64,000 bases of DNA from Octopus bimaculoides (GCF_001194135.2 NC_068994.1:32789939-32853938); one strand, 5' to 3'; positions 1 to 11,298 are shown, counted from the stretch's first letter. Notes: a model not told the origin generated them from the letters alone. Translations and numbers: made by a program.

Positions 1-297
1 GTGGACACAGAAGCATACACATACAGCCATATATATACATATATAGACACACATGTATGTATGTTATATTATACTGTATTTTATATGTATATGTGTATAT
101 AGTGTGTGATATTGTAACATTCATTAGATGTATCTCAGATCATAGCTAGTGGGTTATTTATTTATTTTTTTCTGCATCACTACACTCTCTGTCTCTCTCT
201 TTCTTTCGCTTACCACTTTTTTTAATTCTCTTTTTGATGTATATGATGGTACAGAACGGCAAACAAACAGGTACTCAGTCTACATATATATATATAC

Positions 298-330
<33 letters not shown>

Positions 331-544
331 CTTGCTGCACATACATGTATACACACACAAAACATATGCAGAGGCGACATAAAGGAAATAAAAAAAAAAA
401 CATTTGCAAAAAGAAAAAAAAGGCAAAAAATGGGAAAAAGCATAACCCATACTGGATTTATCTTCAGATCGACTTCATCTGTTTTTGGGTGTTAGCCAAA
501 GTTGGTGGTGCCCAGCAGTGTAAATGGCTTGGCTGAAAATCTGC

Positions 545-810
545 ACCATCACCATCATCATTATCATCACCATCATCATCACCATCATTATTACCATTAG
601 CACTATCAGCAGCATCATTGTCACTACCATCATCATCATCACTGTCACCAGCTTCATCATGATGATGATGATGATCATGATCGACATCATAATAAGCACC
701 ATGAATCATCATCATCATTGTCACCAACATCAGCACCCCACCAATGATTACTATCACCACCACCACCACCACCATCATCATCATCAATAGCAGCAGTAGT
801 AGCAGATGAC
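545..810. repeat. (CAT/CAC)n-(TAG)n trinucleotide microsatellite field
   Basis: Runs of catcatcat/caccaccac/agtagt; these explain the poly-His/Ile/Met/Asp ORFs at 464-790. Confidence 0.95.
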
Positions 811-1029
811 AAAAAATGCAATAGAACTTATCATCAAAGACTTTTGCTGCTAAAAAACTTTGCAGATATTATTACACTCACTCGCAAAGAATGGTAGGTG
901 GATCCTCCAGCACTTTCCATGTTGAGTATTCCACTTATTCCATCAACTAAACTATCTTACTCAATGAAGTATAACCTAAGTGGCTGAGAATTACATACAC
1001 ACACAAACATCTAGCCTTAATGATGGAAA

Positions 1030-1418
1030 AAATCTGCAAGACAGAGTATGTGGCCCCAGTACTCAACTGGTACTTTTATCGACCCTGAAAGAACAAAAAA
1101 CAACATCAGCCTCACTAGAATTTGAACCCAGAACATAAAGAACCAGAAGATATGGTATCATGTATTTGGTCAGGTGTGCTAACAATTTTGCCACCTTGCT
1201 CTCTTAATAATATTGATAATAATCCTTTCTACTGTAGGCACAAGGCCAGAAATTTTAGGTAAGGGGATAGTCGATTATATCGACACCAGTGTCTCACTGG
1301 TACTTAATTTATTGACCCTGAAAGGATGAAAGGCAAAACTGACCTTGGTGGTATTTGAACTCAGAATGTAGAGACAGATGAAATGTTGTTTAGCATTTTT
1401 CTCCACATNNNNNNNNNN

Positions 1419-1516
<98 letters not shown>

Positions 1517-2157
1517 CCTTCCTACTAAAGGCACAAGGCCTAAAACTTGGCGGGAGGGGACTAGTTGATTACTTCGACCCCAGTGTTTCACTGGTACTTA
1601 ATTTATTGACGCTGAAAGGATGAAAGGCAAAAGTGAGCTTGGCAGAATTTGAACTCAGAACATAAAGATGGATGAAATGCCACTAAGCAGGCCTGACATG
1701 CTAACGATTCTGCCGGCTGGCCACCAGTAATAATAATAATAATAATGATGATGATGATGATGATGACGATGATGATGATGATAACCTGATCTACTAAAGA
1801 CACAAGGCATGAAATTTTAGAGGAGGAGATTAGTCAATTACACCAATCTCAGTGCTTAACTGGTATATATTTTATCAACTCTAAAATGGTGAAAGTTAAA
1901 GTTCCTTGGCAGAATTTGAACTCAGAACATAAAGACAAACAAAATGCCTTTTCTACTATGGGCACAAGGCCTGAAATTTTGGTTGGAGGTGGGGCTAGTT
2001 GATTACATCAACTCCAGAGCACATCTAGTGCTACTTTTATCAAGCCTGTAAAGAGGAAAGACAAAGTAAACCTTGTCAGAATTTGAACATAAAGACAGAT
2101 GAGTTCCTGTTAAGCATTTTGTCTGGGATGCTAATGATTCTGCCAGCTTGTTGCCTT
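1030..2157 (-). mobile_element. Head-to-tail array of 5 copies of tRNA-derived SINE 'S2', mostly separated by (AAT)n
   Basis: Repeated unit ggcacaaggcctgaaattt...ccccagt..actggtacttaatttatcgaccc.gaaaggatgaaaggcaaagtcgacc...gaatttgaactcagaac...ctgccagct at ~1030-1203, 1224-1408, 1517-1727, 1785-1947 and 1948-2157. The minus strand carries A-box-like TGGCAGAATCG and B-box-like GAGTTCAAATTC. Confidence 0.9.
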
Positions 2158-2159
2158 AA

Positions 2160-2381
2160 CCCTTTCGATTCCAACCCAGCTGAAACCACCTCTGGCTCTG
2201 TAGTACAAATGTCTAGTTTTCATAAGATTTGAATTAAAATCTTCCACCAAACCTTAGTCACAATTTATGTTCCTAACACTAGCTTGATGATAACTAAGTT
2301 ATTTTACTAAATTCTTTGTTATATTTAGAATTAATTGAAAGAAACACAGAGTATCTCAAATTAGATACAATAATGAAAGGG
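2160..2381. mobile_element. piggyBac-type MITE (222 bp)
   Basis: TTAA at 2156-2159 and 2382-2385; termini CCCTTTC...GAAAGGG; no ORF. Confidence 0.8.
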
Positions 2382-2400
2382 TTAATAATAATAATAATAA

Positions 2401-2613
2401 CCTTTTCTACTATAGGCAGAAGGCCTGAAATTTTGGGCAAAAGGATTGGTTGATTACAACAAATACAGTGCTTAAGAGGTACTTATTTCACAGACACTGA
2501 AAGGATAAAAAAAGGCAAAGTCAACTTGGTGAAATTTGAACTCAGAATCTAAAGGTGGACAAAACGCCACTCAATATTTTGTTCAGCATGCTAAAGATTC
2601 TGTCAGCTTCTCA
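2401..2613 (-). mobile_element. S2 SINE copy
   Basis: Same S2 unit, flanked by (AAT)n on both sides. Confidence 0.85.
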
Positions 2614-2768
2614 ATAATAATAATAATGATATCATTATTATGATTATGATAATTCTTCTTCTTCTTCTTCTTCTTCTTCTTCTTCTTCTTCTTCTTCTTC
2701 CACTTCGTTTTCTTCTTCCTCCTTTTCCATTTCTTCTTCCTCTTCTTCCTTCTTCTTCCTCCTCTTCC

Positions 2769-2818
<50 letters not shown>

Positions 2819-2838
2819 TTATTATTATTATTATTATT
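2613..2838. repeat. Compound microsatellite (AAT)n-(TTC)n-(ATT)n
   Basis: Read directly; the (TTC)n polypyrimidine tract spans ~2654-2817. Confidence 0.95.
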
Positions 2839-3187
2839 AAGGCAGTGAGCTGGCAGAGTCATTAGCAGAATCATGAGTAGGTGGCAAACTGGCAGAATCG
2901 TTAGCACGCCGGGCGAAATGTTTAGCGGTATTTCATCTGCCATTAGGTTCTGAGTTCAAATTCTGCCGAGGTCGACTTTGCCCATCCTTTAGGGGTCGAT
3001 AAATTAAGTACCAGTTACGCACTGGTGTCGATGTAATCGACTTAATCCCTTTGTCTGTCCTTGTTTGTCCCCTCTATGTTTAGCCCCTTGTGGGCAATAA
3101 AGAAATAAGAATCATTAGCATGCTGGGCAAATTGCTTAGTGGTATTTCATCTGCCACTATGTTCTGAGTTCAAATTCTGCTGAAGTT
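2839..3187 (+). mobile_element. S2 SINE nested inside an older S2 head
   Basis: The older head aaggcagtgagctggcagagtcattagca is interrupted by a well-preserved S2 (~2878-3107, tail ...gtgggcaataaagaaata) and resumes at agaatcattagcatgctgggc; agaatcat occurs on both sides. Confidence 0.8.
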
Positions 3188-3485
3188 GAGCTTCCTCATT
3201 GTCAATGTCGTTGCAGACATTCCATCCATTACCTAGATAATAACTATTCAGTCCTGCTGCAGATCTGCATGGTTTCATTCACAGTTAACAAGTGAAAGTT
3301 ATAACTTCCACTGGATTGATCGAATCACTTTGTGAAATATGATCCCTGTAAAATCCTTATGTCTCTTCACTTCCCAAATTGACTAGCAAGCCTTTCATAC
3401 ATTACAACAGAAACATGTGGTCTAGGAGGAAGGATGCCACAAGTACTTGATCTTTCATAGGACTTCAAATGGTTGATATCATACT

Positions 3486-3530
3486 CAGGGGCATAGCTAA
3501 GTTAAATGGCGCCCAGGGCAAGCATCTTCT
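3486..3530 (+). mobile_element. One end of a hAT-type MITE (stub)
   Basis: CAGGGGCATAGCT...ggcgcccagggcaagc shares the ggcgccc.gggcaagc motif with the hAT MITE at 59412; the other end was not found. Confidence 0.4.
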
Positions 3531-4236
3531 GGATGACCTCCTTGTTTAAGTTGGTGAACGCTGCCATAATCCTTGCCTTCAATTCATCTTTGGTGTTACA
3601 AGGAGTTTTGTTTGTCTCTTTCTCAACTGCGCTCTGCATATAATAATCAAGGGGATTGCAGTCTGGGGAGTTAGTGGCCTGATGTTAGGAGTGATGTGGT
3701 CGCAGAAATTGTCTGACAGCTATGACTGGGTTCTCCTGCTTGTGTGGCATGGTGTAGAGTCCTGTTGCTAGACATAGGGTCTTCCAGCAGCCACCTTCTT
3801 GGCCCAGGATAGCACTACCTTCTTGGCCCAGGATAGCACTACCTTCTCCAGGCACTTGATGTAGGCCTCAGTGTTGAGTCTGAGGTCATGTAGCCATAAT
3901 GTTACTATCACTAGTGATCACTCCAAACACCATGATTGTTGACTGGACGTTTGATTTTTATCACTCTCAGTACATGTTCTCAAATTGTACTGTCTTCAGA
4001 TTGACATCCAAAAACTCTGAAATGTTCATATTGGATCTTCTGGCATTAATGCCAAGCAGTACAGCATGTTGTTTCCAAATTTCTGGCAGAGTTAACTGCA
4101 TCATGTTGCTGTTTTTTCTCACAGATGGTGCCCAACGAACCTTACAATACTGGGTAGTCGACAAAATCAAAAACAAACAATGTGCATCGGCAAAATAAAA
4201 AGTATGAAATGGCGACAATTTATCCACCACAACCTG
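3530..4236 (-). mobile_element. Degenerate Tc1/mariner transposon, DD37D (maT) type, internally deleted and 3'-truncated
   Basis: The minus strand gives an N-terminus MMQLTLPEIWKQHAVLLG...ISEFLDVNLKTVQ and a catalytic part YIKCLEKVVLSWAKKVAAGRPYV*QQDSTPCHTSRRTQS*LSDNFCDHITPNI-PNSPDCNPLDYY. There are 110 nt between the two catalytic Asp codons (37 codons minus a 1-bp deletion). 5' TIR-like caggttgtggtggataaattgtcgccattt abuts TA at 4237-4238. An in-frame 24-bp tandem duplication lies at 3793-3840. Confidence 0.85.
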
Positions 4237-5702
4237 TATATACACATGCACACGCATACACATATACATGATACATAACACACACACACACACACATATA
4301 TACATAGACACAAGATAAATAATATGTATGGCTTTTTATACACACACATACACACACATATATACTCATATATACACAAATGCATACACACTTATGCATG
4401 CATATATATCATTGTCATAATCTCCAGCCACCAATATTTTTCAAAATTTGTCCTTTTTAGTCTCTCTTTCTCTACTTTCTACCATTACTACAACTACCAC
4501 ACACACACACACACACACACACATACATACACACACACATACACACAAACTAACTTCCCTCTCTTTTTTCCCTTCTGACTCAGACTCATATACCCATCCA
4601 CCCACCCATTCATCCACCTTGTCCTTCCTTTTTTTTTCTAACTCCCTCACCCCACCCCAAATACTTTACACTAATTAGCAAAAACCCATTGCACTATTGG
4701 TCAATATATGAAGGTCATTACTACATTGACAACCAATTTCCATATGGCTGATTTTCAGATTGTGTAGGCTATAACAACAACAACAACATTAACAACACTA
4801 ACAGCACCAGTAACAATATCAAGACCAATTATAATAATTTCTTTTGACAAGAAGCAAAGCCAATTATTGCTGTAATACTGAGAATATAGTCCCATGAATC
4901 AAACATCTGCCAATTTCAGGTACTCAATTGTATTGGGTTGATTAGTCAGTTTGATTTCAGTCCCTATGAAGTGTCTGTAACCCACCACACTTTATTCTTG
5001 GTGGCACAGTCTACCTAACTGTAAATAGGCACCATGTAGAAGTGCAGTAGAGTAAAGAGAGCTACAAGCAGAGGTATTCTCTGAAGATGGTGAGATCAGC
5101 AGCTTCACTCTTTCTGGGTCCTGCAATAGCCTATTAGGCCAATATTAGCATGAACCCCAGTGGTTATAGATATAATATAATAACAGAACTGAAACCCTGT
5201 AGGATTCTGACTTACCATCCAACCCTTCTGTGATTATATCTGATTGTGAATGTTGTATTCCACTATGTTAGAGTGAGTGATCTTGAGTAAGATGTTTCAA
5301 ACTAGCCTATTCGAAGTTACATTTTTTTTCAAGGTCATCTTGATGGTGTCTTGGTTTCTTCTATTTGATTCAACCACATGACTGAAAGCCAACAGCTACC
5401 TCAACAATAAATAAATAAAATAAGAATAAAATCTGCTTAGGGAGGCTGGAGTTTGAGATATGAGCTACATGTCCACTGCCCCAACAGTTGGAATTTATTT
5501 AGGAAAGCATACAAGATAGTTACCATGTGGAAGTGTGGTAGAGTGAACAATGTTGTAAGTAGAAGGAGGAGGAAGAGCACTGTATAAATGTGCCACTACC
5601 AGCAGCAGCACCACCACGACCAGCAACAGAGCAACAAGGTAGTCTCTATGTAATCATTCCTCTTGCTAAAAATAGCAACCAACTAACCTTCTAATCTTGA
5701 AG

Positions 5703-5745
<43 letters not shown>

Positions 5746-5816
5746 TTAATTGAACACCACACATCCATTTCCAAGTGTATACATACATATATACATAGAT
5801 ACATATATAAGTGTTT

Positions 5817-6040
5817 GTGAGGGTACTGTGGCCTTGTGGTTATGGTGTTACTCTCACAATCACAAGATCATGGTTTCAGTTCCTGGACTGGGTGTTGCAT
5901 TATGCTCTTGAGTGAAATACATCATCTCATGTTGCTCTGTGATTTCTTTGACACCTGACATACGGTACACTGTGCACCTGTTCAGGCAATGTTGATTTGA
6001 TGGGAGGTGGGGAGTGAGTTAAATGTACTATACATTCATT
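5817..6040 (+). mobile_element. tRNA-derived SINE 'S4' (V/CORE-like ttgagcaa.acac motif)
   Basis: Head gtggccttgtggttatggtg...ggtttcagttcctggactggg, then ttgagtgaaatacatcatctcatgttgctc; homologous to the copies at 19968, 21513, 29350, 32222 and 51760. Confidence 0.7.
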
Positions 6041-6059
6041 TTGTCACTATAAACAAATC

Positions 6060-6436
6060 ATTTACTCTTTTATTCTTTTACTTGTTTCAGTCATTTGACT
6101 GTAGCTATGCTGGACCACCACCTTCAGTTGAGCAAATCGATCTCTTCTGCCGAACTGCTAAGTTAAGGGGACGTAAACACACCAGCATCGGTTGTCAAAC
6201 GATGTTGGGAGGACAAACACAGACACACAAACACATACACACACACATATATATATGTATATATATATACATATATACGATGGGCTTCTTTCAGTTTCCG
6301 TCTATCAAATCCACTCACAAGGCTTTGGTTGATCTGAGGCTATAGTAGAAGACACTTGCCCAAAGTGCCACACAGTGGGACTGAACCCAGAACCATGTGT
6401 TTCGTAAGCAAGCTACTTACCACACAGCCACTGTGC
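6060..6436 (-). mobile_element. tRNA-derived SINE 'S1', near full length, with internal (TA/CA)n
   Basis: The minus strand reads tggctgtgtggtaagtagcttgc...ggttcagtcccactg..tggcac.ttgggcaagtgtcttctac...ggaaactgaaagaagccc-[microsatellite]-gtgtttgtcc...gactgaaacaagtaaaag; A box TGGCTGTGTGG, B box GGTTCAGTCCC. Confidence 0.9.
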
Positions 6437-7891
6437 AGGATGTTCGGCAAGAAATTGCAGAACTGTCTTTCATGGATTACAAGAGATTACCATCAAATCA
6501 ATTGATATATCTGAACATCCTGAGTTGATTGAAAATGGGTATCATTATCCTACGAGTGAGGTTGTTCATTTCCAGTCTTCTGTGAAAAACATCTCTAACT
6601 ATAGAAAAAATATCATCTGGTTTGGAAAAAATTTGGTTGTTATTTCTGGCAGATTTGAGTGACTGCATAAAGGCATTCACCTTAGCTTGTACATTGCCAA
6701 TTTTGAAGTGAAAGTGCTCTAGCCTCAACCATCCTGTTTTATGTTGTTTTATGACAGCAGAGTCTTATTTGAGGGAGAATATAAATGCTATTTCTAACAG
6801 GTCAAGCAAGAGGGGAGGTTATTTCAGCCATGACCATCCCACCTGTTTTGAGACAGTAAGGGTGTCCACTAGGCAAATGATAAAGAGGCTGTTCTAATTC
6901 AAGGGCCCTTGATGTAACCATGTAACCATAAAGCACCAATTCCAATGGTGCATTCTAACCAATTCTGCAACTGCATCATCTTATCATCTGATAGTGATAC
7001 TAATACTAACATCAAATAAATAGAAAAAAAAAAAGAAAAAAAGAAGCAATAAAGATAAAAGTAAAAAAAGACAAAGGTGGAGGGGGGAGGTAAGAAAGAA
7101 ATGATGTCAGGCAGATTAAACGATGATTCCCCTTTCTCATGATTTATTCAGTTCTTGCCCTTTTATTTATTTGATCTTTATGTTTTTTTTTTGTACTTTA
7201 TGTATTTATTTATTGGTCCTTTAGATCTGCACACAAAGTTCACAAGTTTCTGCAGAGCATTTTATTGTTTTATATATATATATCTATATANNNNNNNNNN
7301 NNNNNNNNNNNNNNNNNNNNNNNNNNNNNNNNNNNNNNNNNNNNNNNNNNNNNNNNNNNNNNNNNNNNNNNNNNNNNNNNNNNNNNNNNNNNNNNNNNNN
7401 NNNNNNNNNNNNNNNNNNNNNNNNNNNNNNNNNNNNNNNNNNNNNNNNNNNNNNNNNNNNNNNNNNNNNNNNNNNNNNNNNNNNNNNNNNNNNNNNNNNN
7501 NNNNNNNNNNNNNNNNNNNNNNNNNNNNNNNNNNNNNNNNNNNNNNNNNNNNNNNNNNNNNNNNNNNNNNNNNNNNNNNNNNNNNNNNNNNNNNNNNNNN
7601 NNNNNNNNNNNNNNNNNNNNNNNNNNNNNNNNNNNNNNNNNNNNNNNNNNNNNNNNNNNNNNNNNNNNNNNNNNNNNNNNNNNNNNNNNNNNNNNNNNNN
7701 NNNNNNNNNNNNNNNNNNNNNNNNNNNNNNNNNNNNNNNNNNNNNNNNNNNNNNNNNNNNNNNNNNNNNNNNNNNNNNNNNNNNNNNNNNNNNNNNNNNN
7801 NNNNNNNNNNNNNNNNNNNNNNNNNNNNNNNNNNNNNNNNNNNNNNNNNNNNNNNNNNNNNNNNNNNNNNNNNNNNNNNNNNNNNNNNNNN

Positions 7892-7926
<35 letters not shown>

Positions 7927-8021
7927 GTATATATATTTACATGCATACATACATAGACTCTGATACACACACGCACGTGTGTGTGTGCATGTGTGTGTGT
8001 GTGTGTGTGTGTGTGCATTAT

Positions 8022-8985
8022 GGCTGTTAGATTCAATCCCACTGCAAGGCACCTTGGTCGAGTGTCTTCTACTATAGCCCTGGGATAAACAAATGCTTTG
8101 TGAGTAGATCTGATAGACGGAAACTGGAAGAAGTCCATCGTGTATGTATGTAAATATATACATATATGTATGTGTATATATATATATATATATATATACA
8201 TACACAACATATACACATATATGTATGCGTGTGTATGTGTGTGTGTGTGTGTNNNNNNNNNNNNNNNNNNNNNNNNNNNNNNNNNNNNNNNNNNNNNNNN
8301 NNNNNNNNNNNNNNNNNNNNNNNNNNNNNNNNNNNNNNNNNNNNNNNNNNNNNNNNNNNNNNNNNNNNNNNNNNNNNNNNNNNNNNNNNNNNNNNNNNNN
8401 NNNNNNNNNNNNNNNNNNNNNNNNNNNNNNNNNNNNNNNNNNNNNNNNNNNNNNNNNNNNNNNNNNNNNNNNNNNNNNNNNNNNNNNNNNNNNNNNNNNN
8501 NNNNNNNNNNNNNNNNNNNNNNNNNNNNNNNNNNNNNNNNNNNNNNNNNNNNNNNNNNNNNNNNNNNNNNNNNNNNNNNNNNNNNNNNNNNNNNNNNNNN
8601 NNNNNNNNNNNNNNNNNNNNNNNNNNNNNNNNNNNNNNNNNNNNNNNNNNNNNNNNNNNNNNNNNNNNNNNNNNNNNNNNNNNNNNNNNNNNNNNNNNNN
8701 NNNNNNNNNNNNNNNNNNNNNNNNNNNNNNNNNNNNNNNNNNNNNNNNNNNNNNNNNNNNNNNNNNNNNNNNNNNNNNNNNNNNNNNNNNNNNNNNNNNN
8801 NNNNNNNNNNNNNNNNNNNNNNNNNNNNNNNNNNNNNNNNNNNNNNNNNNNNNNNNNNNNNNNNNNNNNNNNNNNNNNNNNNNNNNNNNNNNATACTGGA
8901 GTTGATTTGTTCATCTAAACCCTTCAAGGTCATGCCCCAGCATGACCACAGTCCAATGATTGAAACAAAGCAAAAGATAAAGGAT
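8022..8985 (+). mobile_element. S1 SINE split by an expanded internal microsatellite and an N gap
   Basis: Head at 8022-8141, then microsatellite and gap 8253-8892, then 3' end at 8893-8985. Confidence 0.75.
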
Positions 8986-9159
8986 ATTAGACATGACATT
9001 TTCTAAGTACACCAATGATGTTTTTTTAATTTTCTATGCAAAGTGCCCCAATAACTTTCCATTTTCCAAGAAATACACATTAAGATGTTAAGTGACTCAG
9101 CAATTATTTTACTTTCCATAGAAATGGTGCCAGGCAATTTTTATTTCTTTTTACTTTCC

Positions 9160-9395
9160 AGGCATGACTGTGTGGTAAGAAGCTTGCTTCTCAACTACAT
9201 GGTTCCAGGTTCAGTCTCACTATGTGGCACTTTGGGCAAGTGTCTTCTACTGTAGACTCGAGCTTACCAAAGCCTTGTGAGTGGATTTGGTACAGGGGAA
9301 ACTGAAAGAAGCCTGATGTGCGTACATATATATGTGTATATATCTACGTGGCATGGCCGCAGTCTAATGACTGAAACAAGTAAAAGATAAAAGTG
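9160..9395 (+). mobile_element. S1 SINE with internal deletion
   Basis: The head is joined almost directly to the terminal gcatggccgcagtctaatgactgaaacaagtaaaag. Confidence 0.85.
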
Positions 9396-9449
9396 TCTTG
9401 GTAATTTTTCATTTCATCTCCAATATGCGACAGAGTCAAAATGATTGAC

Positions 9450-9640
9450 AGCCATTGTTCTGCACAACTGCTTGATCTGCTAAAGATAGCAGCCAAATAG
9501 AATAGATCTAAAATCAGACTTTATTGTCTTGAAAATGGAAGAGCACGTGTGACAATGTAGTCATAGATATACAATTCACATGATGATCATGGTTAGAATG
9601 AATTTGATATTAAATTGGCTCAATCAAGCTTGACCTTGGG
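9450..9640 (+). repeat. Dispersed repeat 'S5' (gatagcagccaaat... family)
   Basis: Related to 10130-10350 (opposite strand), 18545-18720, 22255-22450, 29270-29345 and 58520-58580. Confidence 0.55.
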
Positions 9641-9744
9641 TTAAATGATAAGGATAATAATGTTATAATTGTGGCAATTATCATGGTGACTCATCACTGT
9701 CAATACTGCTGAGACACCAGCAGCAAGTAGCAGCAGCAGCACCT

Positions 9745-10045
9745 CCACCGCTGCCGTGTAGCACTTTGGGCAAGTGTTTTCTACTATAGCCTCAGGCTGA
9801 CAAAAGCCTTGAGTGGATTTGGTAGACGGAAACTGAAAGAAGCCCATCATATACATGTGTGTGAGTGTGTGTATGTGTGTGTGTATGTGCGTGTGTCTTT
9901 GTCCCCCGCCACCACTTGACAACTAGTGCTGGTAGGTTTATGTCCCACATAACTCAGTGGGTCAATAAAAAAGACCAGCAGAAATAAGGATGTGCTGCAT
10001 CATGGCCACAGTCTAATGACTGAAGCAAAGAAAAGAAAAAATAAA
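9745..10045 (+). mobile_element. S1 SINE, 5'-truncated
   Basis: gcactttgggcaagtgttttctactatagcc...ggaaactgaaagaagccc-(TG)n-...catggccacagtctaatgactgaagcaaag. Confidence 0.8.
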
Positions 10046-10129
10046 GGAAAACTACTGTGTCTAATACAACTGACCAATCAGTGACCAGCCATGCCACACA
10101 CATCTGAAACCATAAAGAACTGTTAATAT

Positions 10130-10350
10130 TGTTGTTGCTATTTAGCCTTTGGTTTCATTTTGATTGAGAAGCAAATCAAAGGCATTCCAGTCACGACCAT
10201 CCTGTCTTTTTCCTACAAGAAACCACAATTTTCTGAAGTCTTGAACAACAGTTATCTGATGTCAACGTAACCTATTTTAAAACGGTACGTTGTGAATTGA
10301 GGGAGATTTGGTTGCTATATCTAGTAGATTGAACAATCACATAAAGACTC
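10130..10350 (-). repeat. S5 dispersed repeat copy
   Basis: tttagcc...aaggcattccagtcacgaccatcctgtc...ggagatttggttgctat is the reverse complement of the 9450 family. Confidence 0.55.
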
Positions 10351-10744
10351 AGACATTATAATCATTCATTAATGAATCTGAGGTTGCCAGAAAAACAAAC
10401 TTTGTCTTCAAGAGCTTGTATCCTTGGAAACAGCTTGCTGAAATAATGATAAGACTCTATAAAATCCATGCAGTCTGCAGCTAATAAGAACCTACAGTTA
10501 TATACTACTATTATGTTAACAAAGATTTGATTGTATAAAGACTGGTACTTTTATTCCTTTGTACATGACCTCTCCCCTTCCTCCACACTGTTTCATTATC
10601 TCTTTCTATGTTATATGTCCAGTCCAAGATTTACTGTATGGAAACAACAAAGTGGACACAAACAAACCATAGTGGATCGATAGAAGCTGTCATTAGTACT
10701 TCTTCTCAAAAAGGAATTTTACAATATGTATAGGAGTTAGCATA

Positions 10745-10913
10745 GCCGCATGGTTGAGAAGGTCCACTTCCAAACCATGTGGTTACTGTTTCAGTTCAGT
10801 CCAACTGCATGGCACCTTGGACGTGTGTCTTCTGCAATATAGCCCTAGGTTGACCGATGATCTGTGAGTGAATTGGTAAACAGAAACTGTGTGGAGGCCT
10901 GATGTGCATACAG

Positions 10914-10954
<41 letters not shown>

Positions 10955-11200
10955 TGAGTGTGTGCGTGTGTGTGCGTGTGTATGTGTGTCCTTGTGTTTG
11001 TCCCTTCATCATTTGGCAACCAGTATTAGTGTATTTTATGCCCTTACAACTTAGCAGCTCAGTAAAAGAGACTGATAGAATGAGAACCAGACTTTAAAAA
11101 ATAAGTACTTCGTGACAGTTTGTTCAACGAAACCCTTCAGGGCGGTGCACCAGCATGGCCACAGTTCAATGACTGAAGCAAGTAAAAAGTAAAAGATAAA
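10745..11200 (+). mobile_element. S1 SINE, full length
   Basis: Head, long internal (TG)n and tail aatgactgaagcaagtaaaaag. Confidence 0.85.
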
Positions 11201-11298
11201 AAATACAAAGTAGTCTTTGGAATAATGTGTATTTTCAGCTGAATACCTAATCAAGTTTCTGTGCAAGTAGACTGGTAGATAGACCAACAAACTGACTG

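Noticed and set aside
1030-2613. CRISPR-like repeat-spacer array
   Set aside because: The units are ~200-bp diverged SINEs separated by microsatellites; the context is eukaryotic and there are no cas genes.
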